Source: Piromyces finnis finn
Lineage: Eukaryota; Fungi; Neocallimastigomycota
Direction: 5' to 3'
NCBI GenBank assembly: GCA_002104945.1
Contig: MCFH01000026.1
Location: 310,001-374,000 of the forward strand
Length of the DNA: 64,000 nt
The notes under the pieces were generated by a model. The model saw only the letters and a program-made list of their open reading frames with translations. It did not search any database and had not been told where the DNA came from. The translations under genes were made by a program, and so were the position numbers. Below are positions 41,057-53,795 of the stretch, piece by piece; position 1 is the stretch's first letter; every line of letters starts with the position of its first letter.

Positions 41057-41545
41057 GCAGAGTTATTTTATCTTTTTACGGATTTTATGCCTTTCAGAAA
41101 GAAAGCAAAAAACTATTTTTTATTTTTTTAATATCATGTATTATCTGCGTTTATTAATTTATATCAATAGATTATTCTTTTAAATTATTTAATAATTTAT
41201 TTTAAATAAATTTTTTATAATAAAATTTTTATATTATCTTTCGAAAAACTAAATGACAAAAAATTGCGGTTTTTTTTTAATTTCATAATTGTTATTATTA
41301 GAAAAACTTTAAAAATTACTATATTTCCAACTTTTTAAACACACAACAACATAACATTGAAAAAAAAACTTTCTTTTTTATTTTTTTTTATTATTTTTTT
41401 TTAAACATTTTTACATTTTAAAACAATATTTATAGAGTCAGATTAAAAATAAAGAAACATAATTTCATATTTACCTAATAAAAATATTTAAATAAAAAAT
41501 TATTAATACATTATTATAGTTTAATAAAATTTATATTATTATACT

Positions 41546-41630
41546 TATAATAATTGCTCAGTTTATAGAGAAAAATTTCTACAGTTTTTTTCAGTATTAG
41601 CATGGTAAAACCATCATAGCAATTATTATA
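41546..41630 (-). ncRNA. C/D box snoRNA, snR53-like (guide CCATGCTAATA before D')
   Basis: 12-bp terminal stem TATAATAATTGC/GCAATTATTATA, box C ATGATGG (41611-17), D' CTGA (41591-94), D CTGA (41558-61). The guide is complementary to 18S UAUUAGCAUGG; the D+5 rule points to the yeast Am796-equivalent. Confidence 0.82.
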
Positions 41631-41800
41631 AATATTATTTTTTTTAAACTTTTTTTTATTTACCTTTTTATTTAGCAGCTCATTTATTACAACCTTCTTC
41701 TTCCCCTCTTTTGAACCTTTTACACACCTATACAATATTTTTAAAATATAAATTTTATTAATAATCTTTTTTATAGAGTTTTTAAAAATTTTTAATTTTA

Positions 41801-41881
41801 TATATTAAATGATCAGTTAAATTTTGTCCTCATAATATCAGTATTTGATAGTACATATTAACCATCATATCATTCAATATA
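41801..41881 (-). ncRNA. C/D box snoRNA, Z17/SNORD4-like (18S Um121-equivalent)
   Basis: 12-bp terminal stem TATATTGAATGA/TCATTTAATATA, box C ATGATGG, D' CTGA (41838-41), C' ATGAGGA, D CTGA (41813-16). Guide GTACTATCAAATA is complementary to fungal 18S UAUUUGAUAGUAC. Confidence 0.82.
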
Positions 41882-42031
41882 CAATAATATCTAGAAAATA
41901 AATAATTACCCTTTTTGATTTCAAATTTAATTCTTATTGATAAACATTTTGAAATCTAAAATATTTATGTATATAAAATATTTTTTAATATATTATTTTA
42001 TATAATTATTATTATTTTTGCTTTATTTAAC

Positions 42032-42121
42032 AAAAATATTTCAGTTTTTTTGGCTGGTTGCTTATATTATCGACATAATTTGTTCCGCCTGGGGCGGCAA
42101 AGCGATCATCACGATATTTTT
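42032..42121 (-). ncRNA. orphan C/D box snoRNA-like RNA, copy A
   Basis: Box C GTGATGA (42106-12), box D CTGA (42041-44), terminal stem AAAAATAT/ATATTTTT, internal GC hairpin CCGCC/GGCGG. Confidence 0.72.
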
Positions 42122-42241
42122 TAATTTTTTTAAATAAAAAAAACTTTCAAGCTATTTACCTTTCATAACCTAAATATTAAATAAAATATATTAGTATTTT
42201 TTACTATTTCTTTTTTATTTTTTTTTATTTTCATTAACAAT

Positions 42242-42335
42242 ATAATGTATTTTCAGATTTTTTTGGCTGGTTGCTTATATTATCGACATAATTTGTTCCG
42301 CCTGGGGCGGCAAAGCGATCATCACGATACATTAT
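42242..42335 (-). ncRNA. orphan C/D box snoRNA-like RNA, copy B
   Basis: Core of ~72 nt identical to copy A; box C 42319-25, box D 42253-56; different terminal stem ATAATGTAT/ATACATTAT. Confidence 0.72.
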
Positions 42336-43320
42336 ATTTATTTATATTTATAAAATAATAAATCCTTTACCCAAATACACTACCTCTTTTTTTTTTTTTC
42401 TACGAGATAATAAATCTATTTCATTACTTTTTTATTTATTTATTAATATTTTTTATTATCTTTTTTTCTAAATACTACTTTAATGATTAATTAAAAGTTA
42501 AGGAGGACTTCCAACAAATAAAAATTTTGATCTTTTAAAAAAAATTTTGAATAATAAACCAATCATGAATAAGTGGCTTCTTTCAATTTTTCTTTTATTA
42601 AATTATTTAAACCTAATCATCTTAAACTAAGAATAAAATGTATTGAAATGCATTGTAGTACAATCAATTAAACAAGCCATAATATACATATTTTTTGAAT
42701 AAAAAGCATAGCCTTATGTAGGAAGGTATTGGAGAAAGGGTCTATCAGGAAATAGAATCATGTTTAAATCCATTATTCTTTTTTTTTTTTTTTTAAAAAT
42801 TATAATTTTATTTTTTTTCTATAGTGGATATAATAAATTGAACAAAATTTATAATTCACTTTTTTCTTTATTTTCTTTTTTAAAAAAAAAGAATAACTAA
42901 ATATTAAATATATTCAATAATTTTGGAAAACGTTTAAATTAAAAATTTTTATAAATAAATTAAATATTAAAAAGGAAAAAAAGGGTGAAAATAAATAAAA
43001 AAAAGAAACTTTCACAATTTTTCTTTTCTTTTTTTATTTTCTCTCTTTTAGTGGTAAGCACATTTCTAAAAAAAAAAAAAAAAAAGATAAAATTTTTTTT
43101 ATTTGTATTTATGTTTAATATAGGAGAAATTTTTAAAGAGATTAACAATAAATAATAGATGATTTATTTTTTCTTTTCTTCCTTCAATAATAATATACTC
43201 TAATTAATATTGGCGTTTATGAAAAAAAAATTTGCATTTATTATCATTCATACGACTCAACTTTAGAATTTTCTTCATATTCTACTACTTTTATCAAAAT
43301 AATAAAAAAAAATGGAGAAT

Positions 43321-46300
43321 TTAATTGGTCTTGTTTAAAAGGTTTATAATCTTTTGATTTTTAAATCTTTTAGCGATAGTCATTGGAGTTTCACCGTTAC
43401 TAGTTTTAATGTTGGTATTAGCCTTGTATTTTAATAAAAGTTCAACCAATTTTTCATTATTATTATTACAGGCAGCAATTAATGGAGTTTCATCATTAAC
43501 ATTCTTAGTATTAATATCAGCACCGTGTTCTAAAAGACTCTTTGTAATTTCAATACTATTTTGATAGCATGAAATAAATAAGGAAGATTCCTTCAAACTA
43601 TTACAATGGTCAATATCAATTTCTTGTTCAAGTAAAAGTTTAACAATGGCTTCTTGCTTTTTCCAACAGGCCATAATTAATGGACTTTCTTTCTTGTAAT
43701 TGCACATATTTACATCTACCTTTAATTCAAGTAATTTTTTTACGACATTAACTAATCCCTTTTTACAGGCTAATAATAAGGCTGTTTCTTTGTACTTGTT
43801 TTGATAGTTTGGATTACAGTTGTATTCCATTAAAGTTAAAGCAGAGGTTTCTTGTCCCTTCTTACAGGCTAAAATAAGTAAGGTGTAAAGTGCATTATTT
43901 TGAATGTTTGGATTCATACCATAACGAAGCATGATTTCTAATAATTTGTCATTTTGACTACCATTACAGATTAAAGAAAAGGAAAACATTTCAATATGAT
44001 CTAAAGTAATGTAACCTTGACGAGTTTTGTTAAATTCCTTTAATTCATTAATATTTGGTTTTTCTGGATTGAGTGGATTATAAAAGTTTTGTGGTAATTG
44101 GAAAATATTCTTTTCTCTCATTGCACTCTTTAAGAAAGCTTCAACTCCATCCATATCTCCAAAATAGCATGAGAATCTTAATCCCTTAATATCATCATTC
44201 AAAATTGGAATTTCCTTAGTTTCAGTATCCATTGTACCAGTCTTTTCATATGGTGTTACAGTACTAGTCTTATTCTTCTTATCAAACATAGAATTTTCAC
44301 TGTTAACTCTAGTGTAGGTTGCTGGGAATCTTTCTGGCTTATACATAGTCTTTTTTACGTATGTAGTATTGGCCTTTGGTGAGGTAAAGACATTCTTAAG
44401 ATATGGTGAGCTTGTAGCAGTACCCTTAATTGATTTCTTTGGCTTACTATAGCTGCTTCCAATGTTAGTACTGAATTTGGTGTTTGGCTTAAATTTAATA
44501 TTTTTGTAGTGTGACTCCTTCTTTTCTTCAGCTGGTTCTTCGAAAAGTGAAGTTGGTTCTTGCATCATAGATGATTGTGGTTCAGCAAACATAGCAGCAG
44601 CAGGTTTATGAGCTGGTGTTGGTGGAATTTCACTTGGTTCATCATAAAGTGAAGATGGTTCTTGCATCATTGACATCTTACTTCCATTTAAGGAAAATGC
44701 TTCCTTAATATCCTTTGTAACATTTTCTGATTTATCATAAATAGAAGATGGTTCCATCATCATCATAGAAGGAACTTTAACTGATGTGGCATTACCAGAT
44801 TCTGTTTCTAATGAAGATAGGGTATTCTTAAACTCTTCATTTCCACTAACTTTTGGACTTGCGTTTTCACTCTTGCTTTGGTAAGAAGAAGAATAAGAGT
44901 TTCTGGACTTCAAATTAGAGCTTTCACTCTTAATTCTAGTATGATATGGCTTAACGTCTGGTGAAGATTTACCAGAAGGAGAATATCTACTACTATTTCT
45001 TGGGATATATGGTCTTTCAGTATTACGACGAGTTAAACTCTTATCACTCTCAATGTGTTTTAATAAAATACCAGTAACTTCTTTATTATCAAGAGATTTA
45101 GCCAAGGTTAAAGGAGTTTGACCATCTTTATTGGTATAGGTAATACAAGCTTTGTTATTTAATAAGTATTTTGTGAGAATTTTACTTCCATTTCTTATAC
45201 TATGGAAAATAGCTGTTTCTCCATTAGCATCATAACGATTATTAATATTAGCTTTGTGGTCAATTAAAATCTTTGCAATATTATAATAATTTAATCTACA
45301 AGCAGCAATTAATGAGGTTTCAAGAACCTTATTAAGCATATCAATATTAGTCTTTGGATATTTTAATAATTCTAAGACAGTGTCAGAGTGGTTATTATAT
45401 ACAGCAATCATTAATGGGGTATCCCCATTTGGATCGGTAATATTTACATTTATTTGACTTTCTCTTAATAAAATCTTAACAATAGAGGTGTATTTACCAT
45501 AACAAGCGTAGTGAAGTGGTGTATTTCCATCCTTATCGGTACAATTAATATCAAAGTTTTTACCATTCTTTAAGAGGGATTCTAAAATGTTTCTTAAACC
45601 ATATCTACAAGCAATATGTAAGGCTGTTTCTTGTTTAGCATTTTTAATAGTAATTTTAGCATTCATTAATAATAAATACTTAATAATGTCAATATAGTCA
45701 GATTCAACAACATATGTTTTATCTTTAGCCTTCCAGTAACGATCACCATTTAATAATTTCCTGTTGGTATTATAAGCATTTTCGATAGAATTAAACTTTT
45801 CATTAATTGTACCTCCGGAATTAAGGATATCTTGAATTTTCTTTTCACTTTCGGCCATTTTTTCATAGGAAGAATAAGTTCTTCTAACAGTTAATTTTCT
45901 TCTAGCCAATCTTCCTGGAGTAGATGGTGTACCTGGTGTGACTGGAATTACTGGAGAATTAACTGGTGTTGATTTTCCAGAATTAATATTCATCTTTTCT
46001 TCTTGTGGTTCATCCATTACTACTGTATTAACATTACTGTTTTCAATAATTTCTTCAGAAGAAGCAGTCATATCCTTAAGAGTATTTTCACTTTCATCAG
46101 CTTGGGAAGAAGTTTCATTAATTATTTTGCTGTTGTCACTGCTTTTTCCAACTTCTATAACTTCGTGATCACTAATTACAGGTGTAGATTCTTTGGAGGC
46201 TTCTAATGCAAGTCTTTCGTAACGTTCTTTATTCTTTAAATATAAAGACTTGTAGTATTGTTCAGCTTCGATAATTTCATTTTTAACCTTTTCAACTAAA

Positions 46301-47427
46301 TAAACTAATGGAGTTTCCTTATTTTCGTTTATAAAGGCATTAATATCAACGTATGAAGCTATAACTTCGATAACATGTAAATTACCTGTATCTAATGCAG
46401 AAGCAAATAAATTTTTGCTTGAATTAGAGGAAGTAAATAAACTCTTATCTTTAGTTTTCTGGAATAAGCAATCAAGAGTATCCTTATCTTGATTCTCAAT
46501 AGCAATTTTGAATAAAGACTTTTTATTTCCAGCTATAACCTTTGAAGTATCAACATCTTTTTGATGATTCAATAACATCTTTAAAATATCTACATTCTTT
46601 TCCTTAACTGCTAATACTAAAGCAGTATCACCATCCTTATTCTTATTTGTTAAATCTGGATTTTTGGTTAATAAGAATTCAACAACCTTTTTACGGTTTT
46701 CTTTACAAGCTCTCATTAATAAAGTGTTTTCATCGACATCCTTAACATTAATAATTTGTTCTTCAAAATTCTTATCTTCCTTTTTGTCCTTCTTTTCGTC
46801 TTTAGCATCCTCTTTCTTATCTTTTTCCTTCTTATCTTTTTCTTCCTTTTTGTTTTTTATTTCTATATTGATAATTTCAGCGAATTCATCTTCAAGGACT
46901 AATAATTTAAATAATATATAAGATCCTTTATTATCATTAGCTTCCTTTTCCTTAACTAATGTGGTAGCACCATGTCTAATTAATTGTAATGCAGTAGAAT
47001 ACTTTTTATCGTCAACAGCCATGACTAATGGGAATTTACCATCCTTCTTCTTTTTGAAACTGAATTTTGGATTTTTTTCTAATAAAATATTTAAAATATT
47101 TTCATTTTTACAATTCATGGCCATGGTTAAAGCATTATCATTATTATTATTTCTATTATTAAACTTGAGTGGATATTGTAAAAGATATTTAAGAATATTT
47201 TCATTTTCACCGTAGATAGCCAAATGTAATGCAGTATTTCCATCCTTATTTTTTATATTCAAATCTCTTTCATTATTTTCTTCTAATAATTTTTTTACTA
47301 ATTTCTCATCATTGTTGATGATTGCTACCATTAAAGGATCATTACCATTTTCATCAGTTTTAACTTTAACTTGATTAACTTCTTTTATTTCCTCATTTAA
47401 GGAAACTTCAATATCATTGGTAACCAT
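43321..47427 (-). CDS. large ankyrin-repeat protein, 1368 aa, intronless
   Basis: Three clusters of ankyrin repeats (GNTALHLA, GNTPLHYAC, GDTPLMIAV, ETPLIAAC, GETPMTIA) separated by charged and S/P-rich linkers. Confidence 0.93.
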   Translation of the reverse strand: MVTNDIEVSLNEEIKEVNQVKVKTDENGNDPLMVAIINNDEKLVKKLLEENNERDLNIKNKDGNTALHLAIYGENENILKYLLQYPLKFNNRNNNNDNALTMAMNCKNENILNILLEKNPKFSFKKKKDGKFPLVMAVDDKKYSTALQLIRHGATTLVKEKEANDNKGSYILFKLLVLEDEFAEIINIEIKNKKEEKDKKEKDKKEDAKDEKKDKKEDKNFEEQIINVKDVDENTLLMRACKENRKKVVEFLLTKNPDLTNKNKDGDTALVLAVKEKNVDILKMLLNHQKDVDTSKVIAGNKKSLFKIAIENQDKDTLDCLFQKTKDKSLFTSSNSSKNLFASALDTGNLHVIEVIASYVDINAFINENKETPLVYLVEKVKNEIIEAEQYYKSLYLKNKERYERLALEASKESTPVISDHEVIEVGKSSDNSKIINETSSQADESENTLKDMTASSEEIIENSNVNTVVMDEPQEEKMNINSGKSTPVNSPVIPVTPGTPSTPGRLARRKLTVRRTYSSYEKMAESEKKIQDILNSGGTINEKFNSIENAYNTNRKLLNGDRYWKAKDKTYVVESDYIDIIKYLLLMNAKITIKNAKQETALHIACRYGLRNILESLLKNGKNFDINCTDKDGNTPLHYACYGKYTSIVKILLRESQINVNITDPNGDTPLMIAVYNNHSDTVLELLKYPKTNIDMLNKVLETSLIAACRLNYYNIAKILIDHKANINNRYDANGETAIFHSIRNGSKILTKYLLNNKACITYTNKDGQTPLTLAKSLDNKEVTGILLKHIESDKSLTRRNTERPYIPRNSSRYSPSGKSSPDVKPYHTRIKSESSNLKSRNSYSSSYQSKSENASPKVSGNEEFKNTLSSLETESGNATSVKVPSMMMMEPSSIYDKSENVTKDIKEAFSLNGSKMSMMQEPSSLYDEPSEIPPTPAHKPAAAMFAEPQSSMMQEPTSLFEEPAEEKKESHYKNIKFKPNTKFSTNIGSSYSKPKKSIKGTATSSPYLKNVFTSPKANTTYVKKTMYKPERFPATYTRVNSENSMFDKKNKTSTVTPYEKTGTMDTETKEIPILNDDIKGLRFSCYFGDMDGVEAFLKSAMREKNIFQLPQNFYNPLNPEKPNINELKEFNKTRQGYITLDHIEMFSFSLICNGSQNDKLLEIMLRYGMNPNIQNNALYTLLILACKKGQETSALTLMEYNCNPNYQNKYKETALLLACKKGLVNVVKKLLELKVDVNMCNYKKESPLIMACWKKQEAIVKLLLEQEIDIDHCNSLKESSLFISCYQNSIEITKSLLEHGADINTKNVNDETPLIAACNNNNEKLVELLLKYKANTNIKTSNGETPMTIAKRFKNQKIINLLNKTN

Positions 47428-49020
47428 ACTTATATTTATTAAAAAAAATTATAAAAAAATAAATATATTTTGAAAAAAAAATAATAATTTATTACTGGTT
47501 TTAAACTTTTAATTATTGTTTTATTTGTTCTTATTTATGTTTTGAAATTCTAAAAAAGATTTGGTTATATTTTCAATAATATAATAAACATATAACAATC
47601 TAAATAGATAAAAAATAGAATTACATTTTATAGGTTAGTATTGCATTTTTATTAAAAAAATATTTTTAATTATAAATATTGTTTTTTTTTTTTAATTCAA
47701 AATTTAATCATTTTTTATTTCTTTATAAAAAACTATTCTCATTCCTTTTTTTTTTTTTTTTTTGTTTACTCTTTCTATTATTTTCAATTTGTATACAAGT
47801 TGATGCGATAATAATAATTGTCATTTTTATTCAAATTAAATAATAATAAAGTAATAAAACCATTGTTTTTTTTTTTATTTCATATTATTCAATCTTTATA
47901 TATATTTTATGTAATTTAAATATTTCATATTATTCAATCTTTATATATATTTTATGTAATTTAAAAAAGTCTATACTATTATTTATAATATACTTTTTTT
48001 TTTTTTGAACTCCAACTACCTTATATATCTCTTATATGTTAATTACTTTTCCAATTTTTTTTCAAAGAAAACAAAAAGTTCCAAGAAAAACTCTTCTTAT
48101 ATATGAAATTTTTTAATCGTAATTTAATTTAATTTTGAAATTAAATTTAATATATAATTTAGTAATAAATATATTACTAATATATATTGTAAATAATTGT
48201 ATATAATTAATATATTGATGAATATATTACTTTTCTATAGCATTAAAGTTTTATTTCAAGTTTTTTTTCCATTTAATATTAAAAAAAATGTAAAAGATTT
48301 AATATAAAATTCAATTTATAATTTAATATATTGATTATATATACCAATTAATATAATGAATAAATAATATTAAACTATTCAAAATTCATTGGTTAAAAGT
48401 TTTATGAGTATATATTATTTAAATAAAAATCTATTGAATGGAATTTTATTAAATTTAAAAAAATGATAAAACCTAACCTTTAATGCAATTTACCAATCAA
48501 TCCTATATTTCAATACAATTTTAATAAATAAAGTTTATATGTAAGATGCTATTATTTTATTTTTTCGATAATACTAATTATTATATTACTAATATATTCA
48601 TAATAGTAGGGTTTGATATTAATAAATATGGTAATATTAAATTATCATTTCATAGTAAAAAAATTGAACATTTTTAAAAATATTAATTAAATATACCCTA
48701 CTTTTACATCATCTGATTTATTGTTGCCTCTACTACCTACCTATAGATTATCTGGTAGTGCACTATGAAGGAAGATTAAAAAATTAAAGTGTCAATAGGA
48801 TAAAAAAAAAAAGTGAATTGTTAGAATATCATTAAGAAGGAAGATAGAAATGATGAAATTTATTATTTTTTAGGATCAGGATGGATGACACCTTAATAAG
48901 ACATTAATGTAATCCATTGAGTTTCTTTTATTATTAGATATAATAAAAGCAATCAAACTTTAGTAAAAATATTTTAAAAAAATAAATGTATGCTGTTATT
49001 ACTTTTTTTCTATATATATT

Positions 49021-49390
49021 AGTAATAACAAAATAAATAATAAATAATAAATAAATAAGTAAATAAATAAATACATAAATACATAAATACATAAATAAAT
49101 AAATACATAAATAAATAAATACATAAATAAATACATAAATAAATAAATACATAAATAAGTAAATAAATAAATAAATACATAAATAAATAAATACATAAAT
49201 AAGTAAATAAATAAATAAGTAAATAAATAAATAAATACATAAATAAATAAATACATAAATAAATAAATACATAAATAAATAAATACATAAATAAGTAAAT
49301 AAGTAAATAAATAAATAAATAAATACATAAATAAATAAATACATAAATAAGTAAATAAGTAAATAAGTAAATAAATAAATAAATAAATTA
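49021..49390. repeat. (TAAA)n/(TACA)n/(TAAG)n compound microsatellite
   Basis: Directly visible; source of the YLFI-type ORFs. Confidence 0.95.
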
Positions 49391-52300
49391 TTTTTTTATT
49401 CAAATTTATGGAAAATTTTATTATTAAAAATTAGATTTTAAATTATTTCAACAAATGTAATTTTCTCTTATTACTATTAAATTATTATTTAAAAGTTTTA
49501 GAAATAGTATTATTATTACAAGGAATTTTCTGTAGAAAAATCGTTTAAAAGGGGATAGAAGTTATTAGAAGAACAAAAAACATATTTATTTATTTAGTGA
49601 ATAAGTAATGAATTTATATAAAGTTTAATTATATTTTTTTTTTTTTTAAAAAAAGACAAACTTTCTGTATATTCAACCAATAATTAAAAATGTATATATA
49701 AAAAATAATTAATTTACATATTTGCTTAAATAACATTAGTTAACCTTTTTAAATGTAATAGTTGTATAAATTTTATAGTAAATAAGTATTAATACAATAA
49801 AAGATGGTATATATAGAAAAACATTAAATATATATACAAAAGATAAAAATGCACTTTAGGATAAAAAGATATTTGATAAATATATTTTTTTTGTTTTATG
49901 AAACATAATATAAATGTAAATCCTAATAGCATCAATGAAAGCATTTATATTTGACTGGATTGTGATGTGATCATTAATCGCAACAATATTATTAAAAAAA
50001 AGTACGAAGAGAAAAGAGGAGAAAGCTTGCTTTTCCATAGTATATTAGTATTTTTCTTTTTAAATTGTAACTAAATTATATTGCAAAAAAAAAATAAAAA
50101 TTAAATTTATCAACAATGGTTACTTTCTAATTATGATATTTTAAATATATTGATATAATTTAAAAACTATTACTATAATTCAAGCATGATATATTATATT
50201 GAAGATAAGATGGAATTTTTTTATTAATGTCAATATATTTTTATTAAAAGAGAAAAAGAAAAGAAAAATTAAAATACATATAATAAATAGTTAATTACAA
50301 AAAAAAAAAAAAAAAAAAAAAACTAGTATTAAAACCCCAATTTATTAAAAGTCAGCATTCTTACTTATTAAATATGCTAATTTAGAAAACAATTTATTTA
50401 TTTTAATGATAATTAATAACTTTGAAAATCATCCGTAGTTTATATATAATGTATTTTTTTATTAGATTTTTTTATTATGGATAGATAGTTAGCTATTAAT
50501 AGTATTTTTTAAGTTCCTTTGATCAAAAGTATTTTTTAATATTTTCCAAACTATATATATATTTGATATACAAAAAGTTTCTCAAAAATGTAGCTATAGA
50601 ATTAATTATTATTTGTTATACTTTTATCAATAAAAATACATAACTATTAATAAGAAAAATCGACGTACAATAATAAAAAGAAAAAGAAAAATTTCTTTTA
50701 CTTAATTATGAATTAATTTTTTTAATTTTTCATTTTATATTTTTATACCATAAATTCCTATTTTCATTATTATTTTTATTAAGATTAATAGCCTTGTAAA
50801 TGATAATATAATAAATCAATTATAATCTATTTACTTTTTATTTAATAATACATTTATTTATTCATCCGATGTTATTTTTAAAATATATAAAAGAATGATA
50901 GCTAATAAAAAAAAGAATTAAAATCATAAATCATTAATACTGTAATTTTTATTCAATACTTTACTTAACATGTCATTGTTCACCGTATTTTAAGAGTTAA
51001 AGTAGCAATACAAACTTAAACTTTATTACATTTTATGTAATTTTTGTAAATATAATACAATAAATACATTTTTTTTTTATTAAATCATAAACTATTTACA
51101 TAATTGTACTATATCTTTCTATCGTTTATTTTTATTTTAAATAATATTCATAGTAATATGATTTTTCTTTATAAACAATATAAATATTATTCATTCTGTA
51201 GTAAAACTATTTTTAAAATAAAAGTTCACTTTTTTTTTTTATTATGTATACTTTTTTTTTTTTTTAAAAAAAATTAATATACAATTTTGAAACATGATGA
51301 TGATGATGATGATGATTATGACCGTTTTTTAAATATTTTAGGATTAATTAATTTTAAAATAAAGTTTTTTTTTTTTATGAAAATAATATATATAAAGGAT
51401 ACTATAATCTATAGCATTATTAATACTATTAATCATATTAAAGAATATTTATTATATTTATTATTATATTTATTAAAATTTGAGTTTTAGTCAAATTAAA
51501 CTCAATAAAATTTTCTTCATATGAAACTTTTTTTTTTTTTTTTTAAAAAAGAATTATATACATAGGATAAAAATAATATAATATAATACACAAGCGCACA
51601 AGCACACAAATACACGTATATTTTAAAATTGTATTCGCCAACTTTCATGTTTTTTAAAACTTTAAATATTTACATATTTACTATTTTTCTTTTTTTTTTA
51701 ATTAAAATGTTTACATGTAAATTACATTTTTTTATTACAATAAAAAATTTTTAGATTAATTTTTTTAATTAAAATCTATGTTTATATATATTTAAAGTTT
51801 ATAAATTCACATGATACAATACTATATTAAAGTCATACGTATTCATATATTTATGTATTTAACAACAAAATCTAAATAAATAATAGTAATATAAAATGAT
51901 GAAAATTCAACTTTAGAGTAATAATAAAGTTGGCAATTTAAAATATTATTATTTAATATTGTTTTATTATTATTATATATATTATTATCCCAAATTAACT
52001 CATTATTACTCTTTCTTTTTTTTTTTTATTTAATTAAAAAAAATGATGGCTTTTTTTTAGATATCATGATATGATCATTATTCTTATTACAAATACAAAA
52101 TTTTAGATTTCATGGCACGAATACTTGTTTGAAAGCGAATTAATGTGTTAAAGATGCCGTTGATATTTAAAATTTTTAAATTTCTATATGTTAAAATTGT
52201 ATTGGTTTAGAAATGGAATTAGTAAAACCATATGATAGTTAAACTATTTTAATTATTCCTTTTTTGATAATTCTTTTGAACTATTCTTGGTTATGCCAAT

Positions 52301-53124
52301 GCTTTTTTTTTTTTTTTTTTTCATTGATGATAAGTATAATAGAAAAAAAAGAAAAAAAGCATCCCTTTGAAGAAGCATTACTTTTTGTCATTTTTTAATT
52401 TAAATTTTTTATAATAAAAATAATGTTATATATTATTCTATTTATTTCTATTATATTATAATATATTTAATCATTTATTAACATTATATTAATTTTTCAT
52501 TCTTTTAGATCATATATGAATCATATGATTATAGTATTAAAATAATATTCATGTGCTTGCACCTTATTTAATTAATGTAAAATAAGTAATATAAATTAAT
52601 ATTTATGTAATAAAGTTATAAATTTATTGTATAACTATTAAAATTAAAATATAATTATATATATTAAAATAAATTAAATTTATATTAAATTCATTCCATA
52701 TAATAAATTAGTATTTACCATAATAGTAAATCTGCTAAAACAATTTTTTAAAAATTTTTTTAAAAAAATGAATATCAATGTACAATCCATTCAAATATAT
52801 TATTACAATATATAATAATATATTACAATAGAAAAGAAATTTAATTTATCTCAAAATTATAAAAAGGTGAAAAAAGTACAAAGAATTATGGATTAAAGCC
52901 AGCAAAAAAAAAAATAAATAATAACACTACAAAAAAAAAAAAAAAAAGAAAAAGGGTGAACCTTTTTACGAGTGATAATATTCAATAAAATAAACAATAA
53001 TAAAAACTCACTTTTATATCTATAATAAAAAAAAAAGTTATTAAAATAAACTATTACTTTATAAAAAAAAAAAAAACCCTTTAAATATACCAAAAAATAA
53101 AGTAATAATATATCAAATATATAA

Positions 53125-53256
53125 ATATCAAATATACATAGTAGTATCAAACAACTATAATTGTTAACAACAAATAAACTATTATTAAATATCAAATATA
53201 CATAGTAGTATCAAACAACTATAATTGTTAACAACAAATAAACTATTATTAAATAG
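53125..53256. repeat. ~66-bp tandem duplication
   Basis: ATATCAAATATACATAGTAGTATCAAACAACTATAATTGTTAACAACAAATAAACTATTATTAAAT occurs twice. Confidence 0.88.
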
Positions 53257-53795
53257 TATTGAACCAAAAAATAAAAGCTACAATTTTAACAAAAAAAAAA
53301 TAGTATTGAATACAGAAAATATACAATAACAATATTTAATTTAAATACTATCATTTTCTAAATATCTATATTTTCTTTGTTTAAATTGTTACAATTTTAA
53401 TAAATAATATTTACATTTTCTCGACTAATTTTATTAAAAGTAAATAGAATTAAACATAACGAAGAATATAATAATTATTTATTAAAGTTTAAATAATAAA
53501 AAACATTTTTTAAATTAAAATATTTTCATAAATTCCATAAACTTTTTTTTTTAAATAAAAAAAAGTTAATACATACATATATTATAAATATATTATAGAA
53601 AATGTTTTAAATAAAATTACATAAAACTTTAAATATTTTTAACAAATTAATACAATATCAATAACAATATTAATAATATAAAATAACAACAACAACAACA
53701 ACAACAACAACAATAATAATAATAAAAATATTATACTCTATATTAAAGTATCTTAAAGAATTAATATAAAATAAAATAATATAAAACAATATAAA

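Larger units (their letters stand above)
41475..42370 (-). ncRNA. putative spliced non-coding snoRNA host gene
   Basis: Each pair of neighbouring snoRNAs is separated by an AG-exon-GT cassette on the minus strand: 42169-42160 (10 nt), 41955-41910 and 41727-41664. Outer boundaries are uncertain. Confidence 0.6.

Noticed and set aside
41514-41735. 73-aa ORF over the snoRNA cluster as a protein gene
   Set aside because: It runs through an intron and a snoRNA; only ~21 codons coincide with a putative host exon, and there is no homology signal.
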